Under the pieces are notes generated by a model. It had not been told where the DNA came from and did not search any database. It was given only the letters and a program-made list of their open reading frames with translations. Below, in pieces: positions 28,197-40,175 of a stretch of DNA of 64,000 nucleotides (the first letter of the stretch is position 1; each line of letters begins with the position of its first letter). A program made the translations under genes and the position numbers. The DNA comes from Acidobacteriota bacterium (GTDB lineage Bacteria; Acidobacteriota; Vicinamibacteria; Vicinamibacterales; SCN-69-37), in assembly GCA_947467605.1 (NCBI GenBank), contig CANIII010000001.1:56846-120845 (forward strand), read 5' to 3'.

Positions 28197-29507
28197 ATGA
28201 AGCACGAGTTCTCCGAGACCAGCGAAACCCAGAAGCAACTCACGTTCGAGATTCCCGCGGATGTCGTCGAGGCCGAAATCGGCCGTGTAGCGGCTGGCTA
28301 TGCCAAATCCGCGCGCGTCCCCGGCTTTCGGCAGGGCAAAGTGCCCACCACCGTCGTCCGGCAGCGCTACAAGGATCAGATCCTGTACGACGTGGCCCAC
28401 GACATGATTCCGCGGCTGGTGACGACCGCGCTCACCGAGCGCGCGTTGTCTCCTGTAGCGACCCCAGATATCCGGGACGTGGTGATTGAAGAGGGCAAGC
28501 CGATGACGTTTGCGGCCCACTTCGAGACCCTGCCGGCGATTGATCCGGGCACCTACACCGGCATCTCGCTGCGCAAGCCCGCGGCGGTGCTGGAAGTGGG
28601 CGCCATCGACAAGACGCTCGAGGAATTGCAGCTGCGCGCCGCCAAGTGGCACCCGGTCGAAGACCGTGCGTCGATGGCCGGTGATGCCGTGCTGATGGAC
28701 CTGACGCGGACCGTACGCGGATCACTGATTGTCGTCCCGGGAGAGACGTCGAATGACGCGGCGCCGGAAGTGATGCAGAACGTCTCGGTGGAGCTCGGCG
28801 CGGCGGCGAACCCGCCCGGATTTGACGAGCACCTCACGGGCCTGCGCGGTGGTGAAGAGAAGAACTTCACGGTGAACTACCCGGCCGACTATCAGATGCC
28901 CGAGCTCGCGGGTAAGACCGTGACCTACGACGCGGTGATCAAGGCGGTGCGCCGCAAAGAGCTGATGCCGATCGACGACAACTTCGCAAAGGAAGTGAGC
29001 GAGTTCGAGACGATCGAGGCGCTGCGCGAGCAGGTCAAGAAGGACCTCCAGCACCAGGCCGAACACGACGCCGACCACTCGATCCGCCACGATCTGCTGA
29101 AGACGCTGGCTGGCCGGCTGACCGCCGAAGTGCCAAACACGCTCGTTGAGCGTGAGACCGAACGTCGGCTCGAAGATCTCGTTCGCCGCTTGATGGATCA
29201 GGGCCTCGATCCGATGAAGGCCAACATCAACTGGCAGGAATTCCGCGAGCGCCAGAAAGTCGGCGCGGAAGAGAGCGTGCGCAGCACGCTCGTGCTCGAC
29301 GAGATCGCTCGGCGGGAGCAGATTGAAGCGACCGAGGACGATGTTGAGCAGGAGATTGCGAAATTCGCCGAACGCGCGGGCCGGGCACCGGCCGCCGTGC
29401 GCGCGCGTCTTGAGAAGGAAGACGGTCTCGAGAAAATCCGCGCCGGCATTCAGCGCGAAAAGACCATGACGTGGCTGCTCGACAAGGCCGCGATCGTCAA
29501 CGGATAG
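28197..29507 (+). CDS. tig: Trigger factor
   Basis: MKHEFSETSETQKQLTFEIPADVVEAEI... with FRQGKVP. Sits in the conserved tig-clpP-clpX-lon order. Confidence 0.9.
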   Translation: MKHEFSETSETQKQLTFEIPADVVEAEIGRVAAGYAKSARVPGFRQGKVPTTVVRQRYKDQILYDVAHDMIPRLVTTALTERALSPVATPDIRDVVIEEGKPMTFAAHFETLPAIDPGTYTGISLRKPAAVLEVGAIDKTLEELQLRAAKWHPVEDRASMAGDAVLMDLTRTVRGSLIVVPGETSNDAAPEVMQNVSVELGAAANPPGFDEHLTGLRGGEEKNFTVNYPADYQMPELAGKTVTYDAVIKAVRRKELMPIDDNFAKEVSEFETIEALREQVKKDLQHQAEHDADHSIRHDLLKTLAGRLTAEVPNTLVERETERRLEDLVRRLMDQGLDPMKANINWQEFRERQKVGAEESVRSTLVLDEIARREQIEATEDDVEQEIAKFAERAGRAPAAVRARLEKEDGLEKIRAGIQREKTMTWLLDKAAIVNG

Positions 29508-29522
29508 CGTTCAGGAGATACC

Positions 29523-30128
29523 GTGATGCCCGAGTCTCGCAATCAGTTGGTGCCGATGGTCGTCGAACAGACGAATCGCGGCGAACGCGCCTACGACATT
29601 TTTTCGCGGCTGCTCAAGGACCGCATTGTCTTCATCGGCACGGCCATTGACGATCAGGTCGCCAATCTGGCGATCGCACAGTTGCTGTTCCTCGAGGCCG
29701 AGGATCCGGACAGCGACATCCTGATGTACATCAACAGCCCGGGCGGTGTGATCACGGCCGGGTTCGCCATTTACGACACGATGCAGTTCATCAAGCCGGA
29801 CGTGCAGACCTACTGCATGGGTCAGGCGGCGTCGTTTGCGGCGGTGCTGCTGGCGGCCGGCGCGAAGGGCAAGCGCTTCTCGCTGCCCAACTCCCGGATC
29901 CTGATTCACCAGCCCTGGGCCTCGGGTTTGGGCGGTCAGGCGACAGATATCGACATCCACGCACGTGAAATTCTGCGCCAGCGTGAGCGATTGAATGAAA
30001 TTATGGCCGGCCACACCGGCCAGCAACTCTCAAAGATTCAGCAGGATACAGAGCGCGACTACATTCTGACCGCGTCTGAGGCTAAAGATTACGGGATTAT
30101 TGACGATGTCATCAGTAAGCGGGCGTAA
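29523..30128 (+). CDS. clpP: ATP-dependent Clp protease proteolytic subunit
   Basis: AGGAGA ribosome-binding site; GTG 29523 or ATG 29526. [40 protein letters not shown] (active-site Ser), ILIHQP. Confidence 0.95.
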   Translation: MMPESRNQLVPMVVEQTNRGERAYDIFSRLLKDRIVFIGTAIDDQVANLAIAQLLFLEAEDPDSDILMYINSPGGVITAGFAIYDTMQFIKPDVQTYCMGQAASFAAVLLAAGAKGKRFSLPNSRILIHQPWASGLGGQATDIDIHAREILRQRERLNEIMAGHTGQQLSKIQQDTERDYILTASEAKDYGIIDDVISKRA

Positions 30129-30188
30129 GTGCGTCAGCCTGCGTGCTATCGTCGGGTCTAGGGCCCGCCGATAAACAGGCATCTCTGG

Positions 30189-31442
30189 ATGGCTTCCATG
30201 ACCAAAAAGACCGGCGACAACGAGACGCTCCGCTGCTCCTTCTGTAACAAGGATCAGAATGACGTCCGCAAACTCATAGCGGGACCGACGGTCTTCATCT
30301 GCGACGAGTGTGTCGATGTGTGCAACGACATCATCGCGGACGACAATAAATTCGATCGCACGGGGACGCGCACGACGCTGCCGACCCCGATGGAGATCAA
30401 GAAATTCCTCGACGAATACGTGATTGGCCAGGACGCGACCAAGAAGAAGCTGTCGGTGGCCGTCTATAACCACTACAAGCGGCTCGAGATTCAAAAACAG
30501 TCGCGCGGTCGTCACGACGTGGAACTGAGCAAGTCCAACATCCTGCTGATCGGACCGACCGGCACCGGCAAGACACTGCTCGCGCAGACGCTCGCGCGGC
30601 TCCTCTCCGTGCCGTTCACGATCGTGGATGCCACGACGCTGACCGAAGCCGGGTATGTCGGTGAGGACGTCGAGAACATTATTCTCAAGCTGTTGCAGGC
30701 CGCCGGTGGCGACATCGAGAAGGCGCAGCAGGGCATCATCTACATCGACGAAGTCGACAAGATCTGCCGCAAGGACGAAAACCCGTCGATTACACGCGAC
30801 GTGTCGGGTGAGGGCGTGCAACAGGCGCTCTTGAAGATCCTCGAAGGCACGGTGGCCAACGTCCCGCCGCAGGGCGGACGCAAGCATCCGCACCAGGAGT
30901 TCTTCCAGGTCGACACGGCGAACATCCTCTTCATTTGCGGTGGTGCGTTTGTCGGTCTCGACAAGTCCATCGCGCGCCGCAAGGGCAAGAAGACGCTCGG
31001 TTTCAAGGCAGACATCAAGTCGAATGTGAAGGAATCACACTCACTTGTTGAGCAGGCGGAACCGGAAGATCTGATCAAGTACGGCCTCATCCCGGAGTTC
31101 GTCGGCCGTCTGCCTGTCGTGGGCACGCTGCAGGAACTCGACAAGGCTGCGCTGGTGGAAATTCTCACCTCGCCAAAGAACGCGATTACCAAGCAGTATC
31201 AGCGTCTCTTTGACTACGAGGGTGTCAAGCTGCGCTTCACCGAAGATGCGCTCGAAGCGATCGCCGAAGCGGCGCTGGCCCGGAAGATCGGTGCGCGCGG
31301 CCTGCGGATGATCATCGAAGACATCATGCTCGACCTCATGTACACGCTGCCGGGTCAGAAGAAGATCAAGGAGTGCGTGATCACTCGTGAGGTGGTAGAG
31401 TCGAAAGAGAAGCCGATTACGGTCATCGAGAAAGCCGGTTAG
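30189..31442 (+). CDS. clpX: ATP-dependent Clp protease ATP-binding subunit ClpX
   Basis: Zinc-finger [26 protein letters not shown]. Walker [19 protein letters not shown]. Confidence 0.95.
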   Translation: MASMTKKTGDNETLRCSFCNKDQNDVRKLIAGPTVFICDECVDVCNDIIADDNKFDRTGTRTTLPTPMEIKKFLDEYVIGQDATKKKLSVAVYNHYKRLEIQKQSRGRHDVELSKSNILLIGPTGTGKTLLAQTLARLLSVPFTIVDATTLTEAGYVGEDVENIILKLLQAAGGDIEKAQQGIIYIDEVDKICRKDENPSITRDVSGEGVQQALLKILEGTVANVPPQGGRKHPHQEFFQVDTANILFICGGAFVGLDKSIARRKGKKTLGFKADIKSNVKESHSLVEQAEPEDLIKYGLIPEFVGRLPVVGTLQELDKAALVEILTSPKNAITKQYQRLFDYEGVKLRFTEDALEAIAEAALARKIGARGLRMIIEDIMLDLMYTLPGQKKIKECVITREVVESKEKPITVIEKAG

Positions 31443-31472
31443 CACCGGCTCGACGCACCACCGAATTCACCT

Positions 31473-33851
<2,379 letters not shown>

Positions 33852-33915
33852 AGAGGGTCGACCGCCGGCCGGCCGGGCACGTAGGCCGGCCTGCTCTTGA
33901 AGGCCGGCGTTCCTG

Positions 33916-34506
33916 GTGAGTGTCACCGAAGCGGAATTCGTTCTGAGTGCGGCGATGGCCAGTCAGTTGCCGCAGGATGCGATTCCCCACATCGCACTCG
34001 TGGGGCGGTCGAACGTCGGGAAATCCACGCTGATTAACGCACTGGTGCGCCGCAAGATGGCGCGCACCAGCGCCAAGCCGGGCAAGACCAGGCTGCTGAA
34101 CGCGTATCGCATCCGCCTCTCGAGCGGGGAGCGCTTCCTGCTCGTGGACTTGCCGGGTTACGGGTACGCCGGGCGCGAAGAGAACGATTTCGACGCGCTG
34201 GTCAGTGGCTACTTCGCGGCACGCCGCGCACGGCCCGAACCCACCCTGGCGCTGATGGCGGTGGACGCGAGACACCCCGGACTCAAGTCGGATGCGGCGA
34301 CGCGGGTGTGGCTCGATGAGGCCGGCGTCACAACAGCGACGGTGGTGACGAAGCTCGACAAGTTGAAAGGTGTCGAACGCGTGCGGCATCTCCGCGAATT
34401 TTCCGCGGCTATTGAAGGCCCGCTGGTCGCCGTCTCGGCCGAGCGGGGTGAAGGTCTGGATACCCTGTGGACAACGATCAGAAAGCACCTCCTCTTCCCC
34501 CAGTAG
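33916..34506 (+). CDS. engB: Ribosome-biogenesis GTPase EngB/YihA
   Basis: GTG start. G1 motif [14 protein letters not shown], then DLPGYGYA and TKLDK. Confidence 0.85.
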   Translation: MSVTEAEFVLSAAMASQLPQDAIPHIALVGRSNVGKSTLINALVRRKMARTSAKPGKTRLLNAYRIRLSSGERFLLVDLPGYGYAGREENDFDALVSGYFAARRARPEPTLALMAVDARHPGLKSDAATRVWLDEAGVTTATVVTKLDKLKGVERVRHLREFSAAIEGPLVAVSAERGEGLDTLWTTIRKHLLFPQ

Positions 34507-35777
34507 CGCCGCCACCGGCGCCGCCCGTCATCGAACTCTCGGCGCTGAAAGACATGGGCGTCGCGGAACTGACCAAGGTCGCCCAGAGCCTCGACCTGCC
34601 TGGTGCCACGGGCCTGCGCAAACAGGACCTGATCTTCCAGATCCTGCGGGCGCGCGCTGAGAAGAGCGGACTGCTCTTCTCCGAGGGCGTGCTCGAAGTG
34701 CTGCCAGACGGCTACGGCTTCCTCCGCGCACCCGCCTACAACTACCTGGCCGGGCCTGACGACGTCTATGTGTCGCCGTCGCAGATCCGACGGTTTGACC
34801 TGCACACCGGCGACACGGTCAGCGGACAGGTCCGCACGCCGAAGGAGGGCGAACGCTACTTCGCGCTCGTCAAAGTTGAGGCGGTCAACTTCGAGCCGCC
34901 GGAGAACACGCGCGGCCGCGTCTTCTTCGAAAATCTCACGCCGCTCTATCCGGACCGCCGCATCAAGCTCGAAACCTCCGGCGACAACGTCTCGGGTCGC
35001 GTCATGGACCTCATGACCCCCATCGGCATGGGCCAGCGCGGCCTGATCGTCGCGCCACCGCGCACGGGCAAGACGATGCTGCTGCAGAGTCTGGCGAACA
35101 GCATCGCGACCAATCATCCGGAGATTTATCTGATCGTGCTGCTGATCGACGAGCGGCCGGAAGAAGTCACCGACATGCAGCGGTCGGTGAAGGGCGAGGT
35201 CATCTCATCGACGTTTGACGAACCGGCACAGCGACACGTGCAGGTCGCGGAGATGGTCATCGAAAAGGCGAAGCGTCTCGTCGAGTACAAGAAGGATGTC
35301 GTCATCCTGCTCGACTCGGTGACGCGTCTCGCTCGCGCCTACAACACCATCGTGCCGACCTCAGGCAAAGTGCTGTCAGGTGGTGTGGACTCGAACGCGC
35401 TGCAGCGGCCCAAGCGGTTCTTCGGTTCGGCGCGCAACATCGAGCGCGGCGGATCACTGACCATCATCGCCACAGCACTCATTGACACTGGTTCGCGCAT
35501 GGACGACGTGATCTTCGAAGAGTTCAAGGGCACGGGCAACATGGAAATCCACCTCGACCGAAAACTCACCGAGCGCCGCGTGTTCCCGTCGATCGACATC
35601 CTCAAGAGCGGCACCCGCAAAGAAGAGCTGCTGATCCCGAAGGACGATCTGAACCGTGTGTACGTGCTCCGCAAGGTGCTCTCGTCGCTGTCTCCGATCG
35701 AAGCGATGGAGCTCATGCTGGGGCGATTGTCCAAGACCAAAGACAACGCCGAGTTCCTCAGCAGCATGGGCAAGTAG
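34467..35777 (+). CDS. rho: Transcription termination factor Rho
   Basis: GTG 34467 overlaps the 3' end of engB. Rho N-terminal domain [22 protein letters not shown]-binding core FGFLR-like GYGFLRAP. Walker A APPRTGKT. Confidence 0.9.
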   Translation: MDNDQKAPPLPPVAPPPAPPVIELSALKDMGVAELTKVAQSLDLPGATGLRKQDLIFQILRARAEKSGLLFSEGVLEVLPDGYGFLRAPAYNYLAGPDDVYVSPSQIRRFDLHTGDTVSGQVRTPKEGERYFALVKVEAVNFEPPENTRGRVFFENLTPLYPDRRIKLETSGDNVSGRVMDLMTPIGMGQRGLIVAPPRTGKTMLLQSLANSIATNHPEIYLIVLLIDERPEEVTDMQRSVKGEVISSTFDEPAQRHVQVAEMVIEKAKRLVEYKKDVVILLDSVTRLARAYNTIVPTSGKVLSGGVDSNALQRPKRFFGSARNIERGGSLTIIATALIDTGSRMDDVIFEEFKGTGNMEIHLDRKLTERRVFPSIDILKSGTRKEELLIPKDDLNRVYVLRKVLSSLSPIEAMELMLGRLSKTKDNAEFLSSMGK

Positions 35778-35804
35778 AGGATTTGACGCTGTGACCGGGG
35801 GGCG

Positions 35805-37781
35805 TCACTTGACGCCCATGGCCATGAGCGTCGCAGTGTTCCCGCTCCCGGTCGCGATCACAATGAACTGCTTGCCCGCCTTTGTGCGATACGTCATCGG
35901 TGTCGCGGTCGCGCGCCGAGGCAGTTCCTTCCGCAACAGTTCCTTCCCTGTCTTCGCGTCGTAGACGCTCAGCGCCGTGTCGCCGCCGCCGACGATGACG
36001 AGGCCGCCCTTGGTCACAATCGTACCGGGCGCGCCGGCAACGCCCAGGCGCTCTGGGAGTTTCACGCCGACGAGTGCGGGGTGATTGCGAATGTTCGGTG
36101 AGTCGCCTTGCGGCACACGCCAGGCAATCGCGCCGGTGTTGAGGTTGATGGCGACCAGTTCGCCGTACGGTGGCTTGAACATCGGCAGCGGCGGCACTCG
36201 ACCACCCCGGCCTCCAGCGGATGCCGGCGGCGTCGCGCCGACCGGCATCGACGGCGTGAATTCGGCCGCCGCACCAACGTCACCAACAAAATCTGCGTCC
36301 ACCTCACTGGCGCGTGCATTCGCCGCCGACCGATCGGCTGGACGAATTTTCGCAATGGCGGGCTGGTGACTGGTCTTTACGTACAGCATTCCTGTCGCCG
36401 CATCGAACGCGCCCCCACCCCAGTTGGCACCGCCGATGATGCCGGGCCGCATGATGGTGCCTTGCACGGACGGCGGCGTGAAGAGGGGCCCGATGCGGTA
36501 CTTCTTCATCTCGGCCTGCGCGGCTGCCTGGAGCGCCGGCGTGAAGTCGAGCGCCTCTTCAAGTTGCGCGCCCTGCGGGCTGATCGCCGACGGCTTGGTG
36601 GGAAATGGCTGCGTCGGCCACGCTCGCTCGCCATCGACATCGCTGGCCGGCACGGCGCGCTCTTCGATGGGCCATACGGGTTTCCCACTCACGCGATCGA
36701 ACACGAAGGCAAAACCCTGCTTGGTGAGCAGTACGACCGCGTCGATGCGGCGCCCCGCCACAGTGATCGTCGTCAGGATTGGCGCGGACGGTGGATCGTA
36801 GTCCCACAGCCCGTGATGCGCGACCTGGAAATGCCACTTGCGCGCGCCAGTGTTCGCGTCAAGGCAGACAATCGATTCAGCGAACAGATTCGCGCCGGGG
36901 CGCCGAGCGCCATAGAAGTCATTGCTCGGCGTTGTCACCGGCAGATAGACGAGGCCGCGCGCGTCATCGACGGAGAACGGCGCCCAGACGTTCGTGTGAC
37001 CGGTCGTCTTCCACGACTCGTTCTCCCAGGTGTCGACGCCAGTCTCTCCCGCGCCGGGCACGGTATTGAATCGCCACACTTGCTTGCCCGTCCGCGCATC
37101 GAACGCGCGGACATCTCCGGGCGGATCCTGCTTGTACGTGATGCGGTCCCCGACGCCATTGCCGAGGATGATGAGGTTCTTGTAGACAACCGGTGGCGAG
37201 GTATTCGTATAGCGCGCGGGATCGACGTCCCACCGCAGTCCCTTGGTCAGATCGACAACACCGTGGTCGCCGAACGTGTCGACCACGACACCCGTCGCCG
37301 CGTCGAGACAGATGAGCTTTGCGCGGCTGTTGATGAAGATGCGCAGACGCGTGCCGTCGCGCCACGCGTCCACCCCGCGATGGACGAAGCCGGTACCATT
37401 CGGCGGCTGGCCGAGCTCGTACGCCTTCGGATCAAACGACCATCGCTCCTTCCCCGTCGCCGCGTCGAGTGCGACCACGCGGTTGTATGGCGTGCTCAGA
37501 TACAACACGTCGTCGATCATCAGCGGAGTGGCCTGAAAGTTTGCTGGGCGCGTGCCAAACTGCGGCATCGCGTCTTCGCCGGTTTTCCACTCCCAGGCCG
37601 TGTCGAGTGTCTGGACGTTGGCTGGGGTGATGTCGCTCAGCGGCGAGTAGTGCGTCGCGGCGTTGTCGCCCGCGTACACCGGCCAGTCCTGGATGGCCGG
37701 AGCGGCGGGGCCATCCACAGCGGCAACCACGACGGTGATGGCAATAGCGAGACTCAGTCGGCGCATGGGCGCATTCTGCAC
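35805..37781 (-). CDS. Exported PQQ-dependent dehydrogenase (glucose/quinate family beta-propeller)
   Basis: Signal peptide. DWPVYAGDNAATHYSPL and repeated W-docking propeller motifs. 658 aa. Confidence 0.8.
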   Translation of the reverse strand: MQNAPMRRLSLAIAITVVVAAVDGPAAPAIQDWPVYAGDNAATHYSPLSDITPANVQTLDTAWEWKTGEDAMPQFGTRPANFQATPLMIDDVLYLSTPYNRVVALDAATGKERWSFDPKAYELGQPPNGTGFVHRGVDAWRDGTRLRIFINSRAKLICLDAATGVVVDTFGDHGVVDLTKGLRWDVDPARYTNTSPPVVYKNLIILGNGVGDRITYKQDPPGDVRAFDARTGKQVWRFNTVPGAGETGVDTWENESWKTTGHTNVWAPFSVDDARGLVYLPVTTPSNDFYGARRPGANLFAESIVCLDANTGARKWHFQVAHHGLWDYDPPSAPILTTITVAGRRIDAVVLLTKQGFAFVFDRVSGKPVWPIEERAVPASDVDGERAWPTQPFPTKPSAISPQGAQLEEALDFTPALQAAAQAEMKKYRIGPLFTPPSVQGTIMRPGIIGGANWGGGAFDAATGMLYVKTSHQPAIAKIRPADRSAANARASEVDADFVGDVGAAAEFTPSMPVGATPPASAGGRGGRVPPLPMFKPPYGELVAINLNTGAIAWRVPQGDSPNIRNHPALVGVKLPERLGVAGAPGTIVTKGGLVIVGGGDTALSVYDAKTGKELLRKELPRRATATPMTYRTKAGKQFIVIATGSGNTATLMAMGVK

Positions 37782-37795
37782 TAATGAGGTAGGAT

Positions 37796-39364
37796 TTGCC
37801 GCCGATGTTGCTGCACCACCAGTTTTTTGCGACCGCTCGTCGCTGCTCGAGTCAGTTGGCGATGGCCGACAGCACGGGAATGAAATTGACGTACGGGCAG
37901 GCGTTGATCGCGACGCTCGCCTTTGCGCGCGCGATTCACCGACGCACCGTCGGTCAGGAGATGGTCGGCTTGATGCTGCCGGCGTCGGTCGGTGGCGCGC
38001 TCGCCAACATCGCGGCGCTCGCCGCGGGTCGGATCCCCGTTAATTTGAACTTCACAGCCGGCGGCGATTCCATCGCCATCGCCATCGAACGCTGCAAGAT
38101 CAAGACGATCATCACGTCCAGAACATTTCTCGACAAATCGGGCATCGCTGCGACACCGGCCATGGTGTTTCTCGAGGACATCCGCAAGTCCGTCACGCGC
38201 ACCGATAAGGTGACGGCGCTGCTCCACGCGAAGCTGGCGCCGATGGCCCTGCTGCGGCGCGCCTACGGACCGTCGGACGACGCTGATGCGCTCGCGACGG
38301 TGGTCTTCTCGAGCGGCAGCACGGGTGTTCCGAAGGGCGTCATGCTCACGCATCGGAACATCCTCAGCAACATCGAGGGTTTCGCCGACTTGTTTCCGAT
38401 GACGCCGCAGGACTGCTTCATCGGCGTGCTGCCCTTCTTCCACTCGTTCGGGCTGACAGGCACACTGTGGTTTCCGTTGATCAGTGGCTGCGCCGTCGCG
38501 TTCCATCCAAATCCGATGGACTCGAAGGTCGTTGGCGAGCTCGCGTCGACCTACAAAGGGACGATGCTGATCGCGACGCCGACGTTCGCCAATGCCTACA
38601 TGCGTCGGTGCACACGCGAACAGTTTCAGCACATGCGGCACGTCGTCGTTGGCGCAGAGAAGCTGCGCCAGCCGCTGGCCGAGGCGTTCGCGCAGCACTT
38701 CGGCGTCGAGTTGATGGAGGGCTACGGGTGCACGGAGATGTCGCCGGTGATCTCGGTCAACTTCGCGCACGTGGGCACGGCGAATCCGAGCAAGCCCGGT
38801 TCGGTGGGACGCCCGATCAAGGGCGTGTCGGCAAAAGTTGTCGATCAGCATACCGGCGAAGGGCCGATCGTGGGGCGTGAGGGCCTGCTGCTGGTGAAGG
38901 GCGACTGCCTGATGCGTGGCTATCTCGGCGAACCTGAGCGCAGTGCGGAAGTCTTGCGCGACGGCTGGTACGTGACGGGCGATATCGGATCGATCGATGC
39001 GGACGGCTTCATCACGATCACCGACCGGCTGTCACGCTTCAGCAAGATCGGCGGCGAGATGGTGCCCCACCTGCGGATCGAGGACGCGATCAACGAGGTG
39101 CTCGGCGAGGTCTGCGCAGCGGTGACGGCGGTACCGGACGACACGCGTGGTGAACGGTTGGTGGCGTTCTACACAAAACAGGACGTGCCGCCTGGCCATG
39201 TGTGGGAGCAGTTGAATCAGACTGCCCTGCCGCGCCTCTGGCTGCCGCGCAAAGACCACATCTTTGTGACCGATGCCATTCCGACGCTGGGCTCAGGAAA
39301 GGTCAACCTGCAGGCGCTCCGGCAACTTGCGCAAGGGGCACTCACTGAAAACATCGGGAGTTAA
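37796..39364 (+). CDS. AMP-binding enzyme, Aas-like acyl-ACP/acyl-CoA synthetase module (no acyltransferase domain)
   Basis: VVFSSGSTGVPKGVMLTHRNI, GYGCTEMSP, WYVTGDIGSIDADGFITITDRLSRFSKIGGEMV. The last five codons and the stop (ENIGS*) lie inside the REP palindrome. Confidence 0.8.
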   Translation: MPPMLLHHQFFATARRCSSQLAMADSTGMKLTYGQALIATLAFARAIHRRTVGQEMVGLMLPASVGGALANIAALAAGRIPVNLNFTAGGDSIAIAIERCKIKTIITSRTFLDKSGIAATPAMVFLEDIRKSVTRTDKVTALLHAKLAPMALLRRAYGPSDDADALATVVFSSGSTGVPKGVMLTHRNILSNIEGFADLFPMTPQDCFIGVLPFFHSFGLTGTLWFPLISGCAVAFHPNPMDSKVVGELASTYKGTMLIATPTFANAYMRRCTREQFQHMRHVVVGAEKLRQPLAEAFAQHFGVELMEGYGCTEMSPVISVNFAHVGTANPSKPGSVGRPIKGVSAKVVDQHTGEGPIVGREGLLLVKGDCLMRGYLGEPERSAEVLRDGWYVTGDIGSIDADGFITITDRLSRFSKIGGEMVPHLRIEDAINEVLGEVCAAVTAVPDDTRGERLVAFYTKQDVPPGHVWEQLNQTALPRLWLPRKDHIFVTDAIPTLGSGKVNLQALRQLAQGALTENIGS

Positions 39365-39390
39365 TTCAGCGAATTAACTCCCGATGTTTT
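39348..39390. repeat. REP palindrome, copy 1
   Basis: AAAACATCGGGAGTTAATTC-AGC-GAATTAACTCCCGATGTTTT, with perfect 20-bp arms. Confidence 0.9.
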
Positions 39391-40052
39391 GGTTGCGACC
39401 GTGGTCCCGGCCTTCGAAGCCCACGAGTTGTTCCGAAAAGGCTTGCCATCGCGTGGCTCCAAGCCTCGGCGCCGAACGGCAGGTTCGAGTGGGCGCACCT
39501 GCGCAGGGCGCACACCTCGCGCTGGTTCTGCGGGTCGTTGACGAGGTCAATCCAGTGGTCGGGCCGCAAGACCGGCCACGGCTCCAGTCTGGGCGTGTCG
39601 AAACCTTCTTCGCGGCATCGAAGGCTTGACCACGGCCAGTCCTGGGCATGGCCGACTAGATTTGCTCGGAGAGGATTCGCCTCGACGTAGCGGCAGGCTG
39701 CGTAGAAGTAGTGCTCGGTCTGGATTGGAAAGGCCCGAAATCTCCCCTGGTAAACCGCTCCCCCGCCTTTGGATTTACGGCGGCGATGCCATCGCTTACT
39801 GTGTCGGATCGTCATGAGTCTCATGAATCGAGTGAGAGCCAGATCTTCCGCAGGGCGGACAATCAGGTGGAAGTGATTGGGCATCACGCAGAAGGCAAAA
39901 AGAGCCACCGGAGCAAGTTCAAGTGCCTCGGCCAAGCACCCGACAAGAGTCAGGTAATCGTCGACATCGTCGAATAACTGCATGCGCCGCACACCACGGT
40001 TCATGACGTGAAAAGTCAGTCCGGCGGATCCGGTTTGGGGGCGGTGCGGCAT
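39366..40052 (-). CDS. REP-associated tyrosine transposase (RAYT, IS200/IS605-like Y1 transposase)
   Basis: TFHVMNRGVRRMQLF, HUH motif CVMPNHFHLIVRP, and GRFRAFPIQTEHYFYAACRYVEANPLRANLV with the catalytic Tyr region. The ATG at 40052 is preferred over the TTG at 40109. The last eight codons and stop lie in REP copy 1. Confidence 0.8.
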   Translation of the reverse strand: MPHRPQTGSAGLTFHVMNRGVRRMQLFDDVDDYLTLVGCLAEALELAPVALFAFCVMPNHFHLIVRPAEDLALTRFMRLMTIRHSKRWHRRRKSKGGGAVYQGRFRAFPIQTEHYFYAACRYVEANPLRANLVGHAQDWPWSSLRCREEGFDTPRLEPWPVLRPDHWIDLVNDPQNQREVCALRRCAHSNLPFGAEAWSHAMASLFGTTRGLRRPGPRSQPKHRELIR

Positions 40053-40114
40053 GGTGTCCGCAAATACAAGGTTCCTGCCAAGTCTAGGCGTCCGATCACG
40101 TTCGCCCAAACTGC

Positions 40115-40160
40115 AGAAACATCGGGAGTTAATTCATTGAATTAACTCCCGATGTCTTCT
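40115..40160. repeat. REP palindrome, copy 2
   Basis: AGAAACATCGGGAGTTAATTC-ATT-GAATTAACTCCCGATGTCTTCT, with a one-base indel between the arms. Confidence 0.9.
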
Positions 40161-40175
40161 GCCTCGCCAGTGCTT

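Larger units (their letters stand above)
39348..40160. mobile_element. RAYT unit: REP-associated tyrosine transposase gene bracketed by two REP palindromes
   Basis: Y1/HUH transposase gene flanked by near-identical 43-46 bp palindromes at 39348..39390 and 40115..40160. Confidence 0.75.

Noticed and set aside
33852-33915. GC-rich inverted repeat GCCGGCC...GGCCGGC after lon, considered as a terminator.
   Set aside because: The stem is short with no T-tract, and engB follows within 64 bp. This is not enough support to annotate it.
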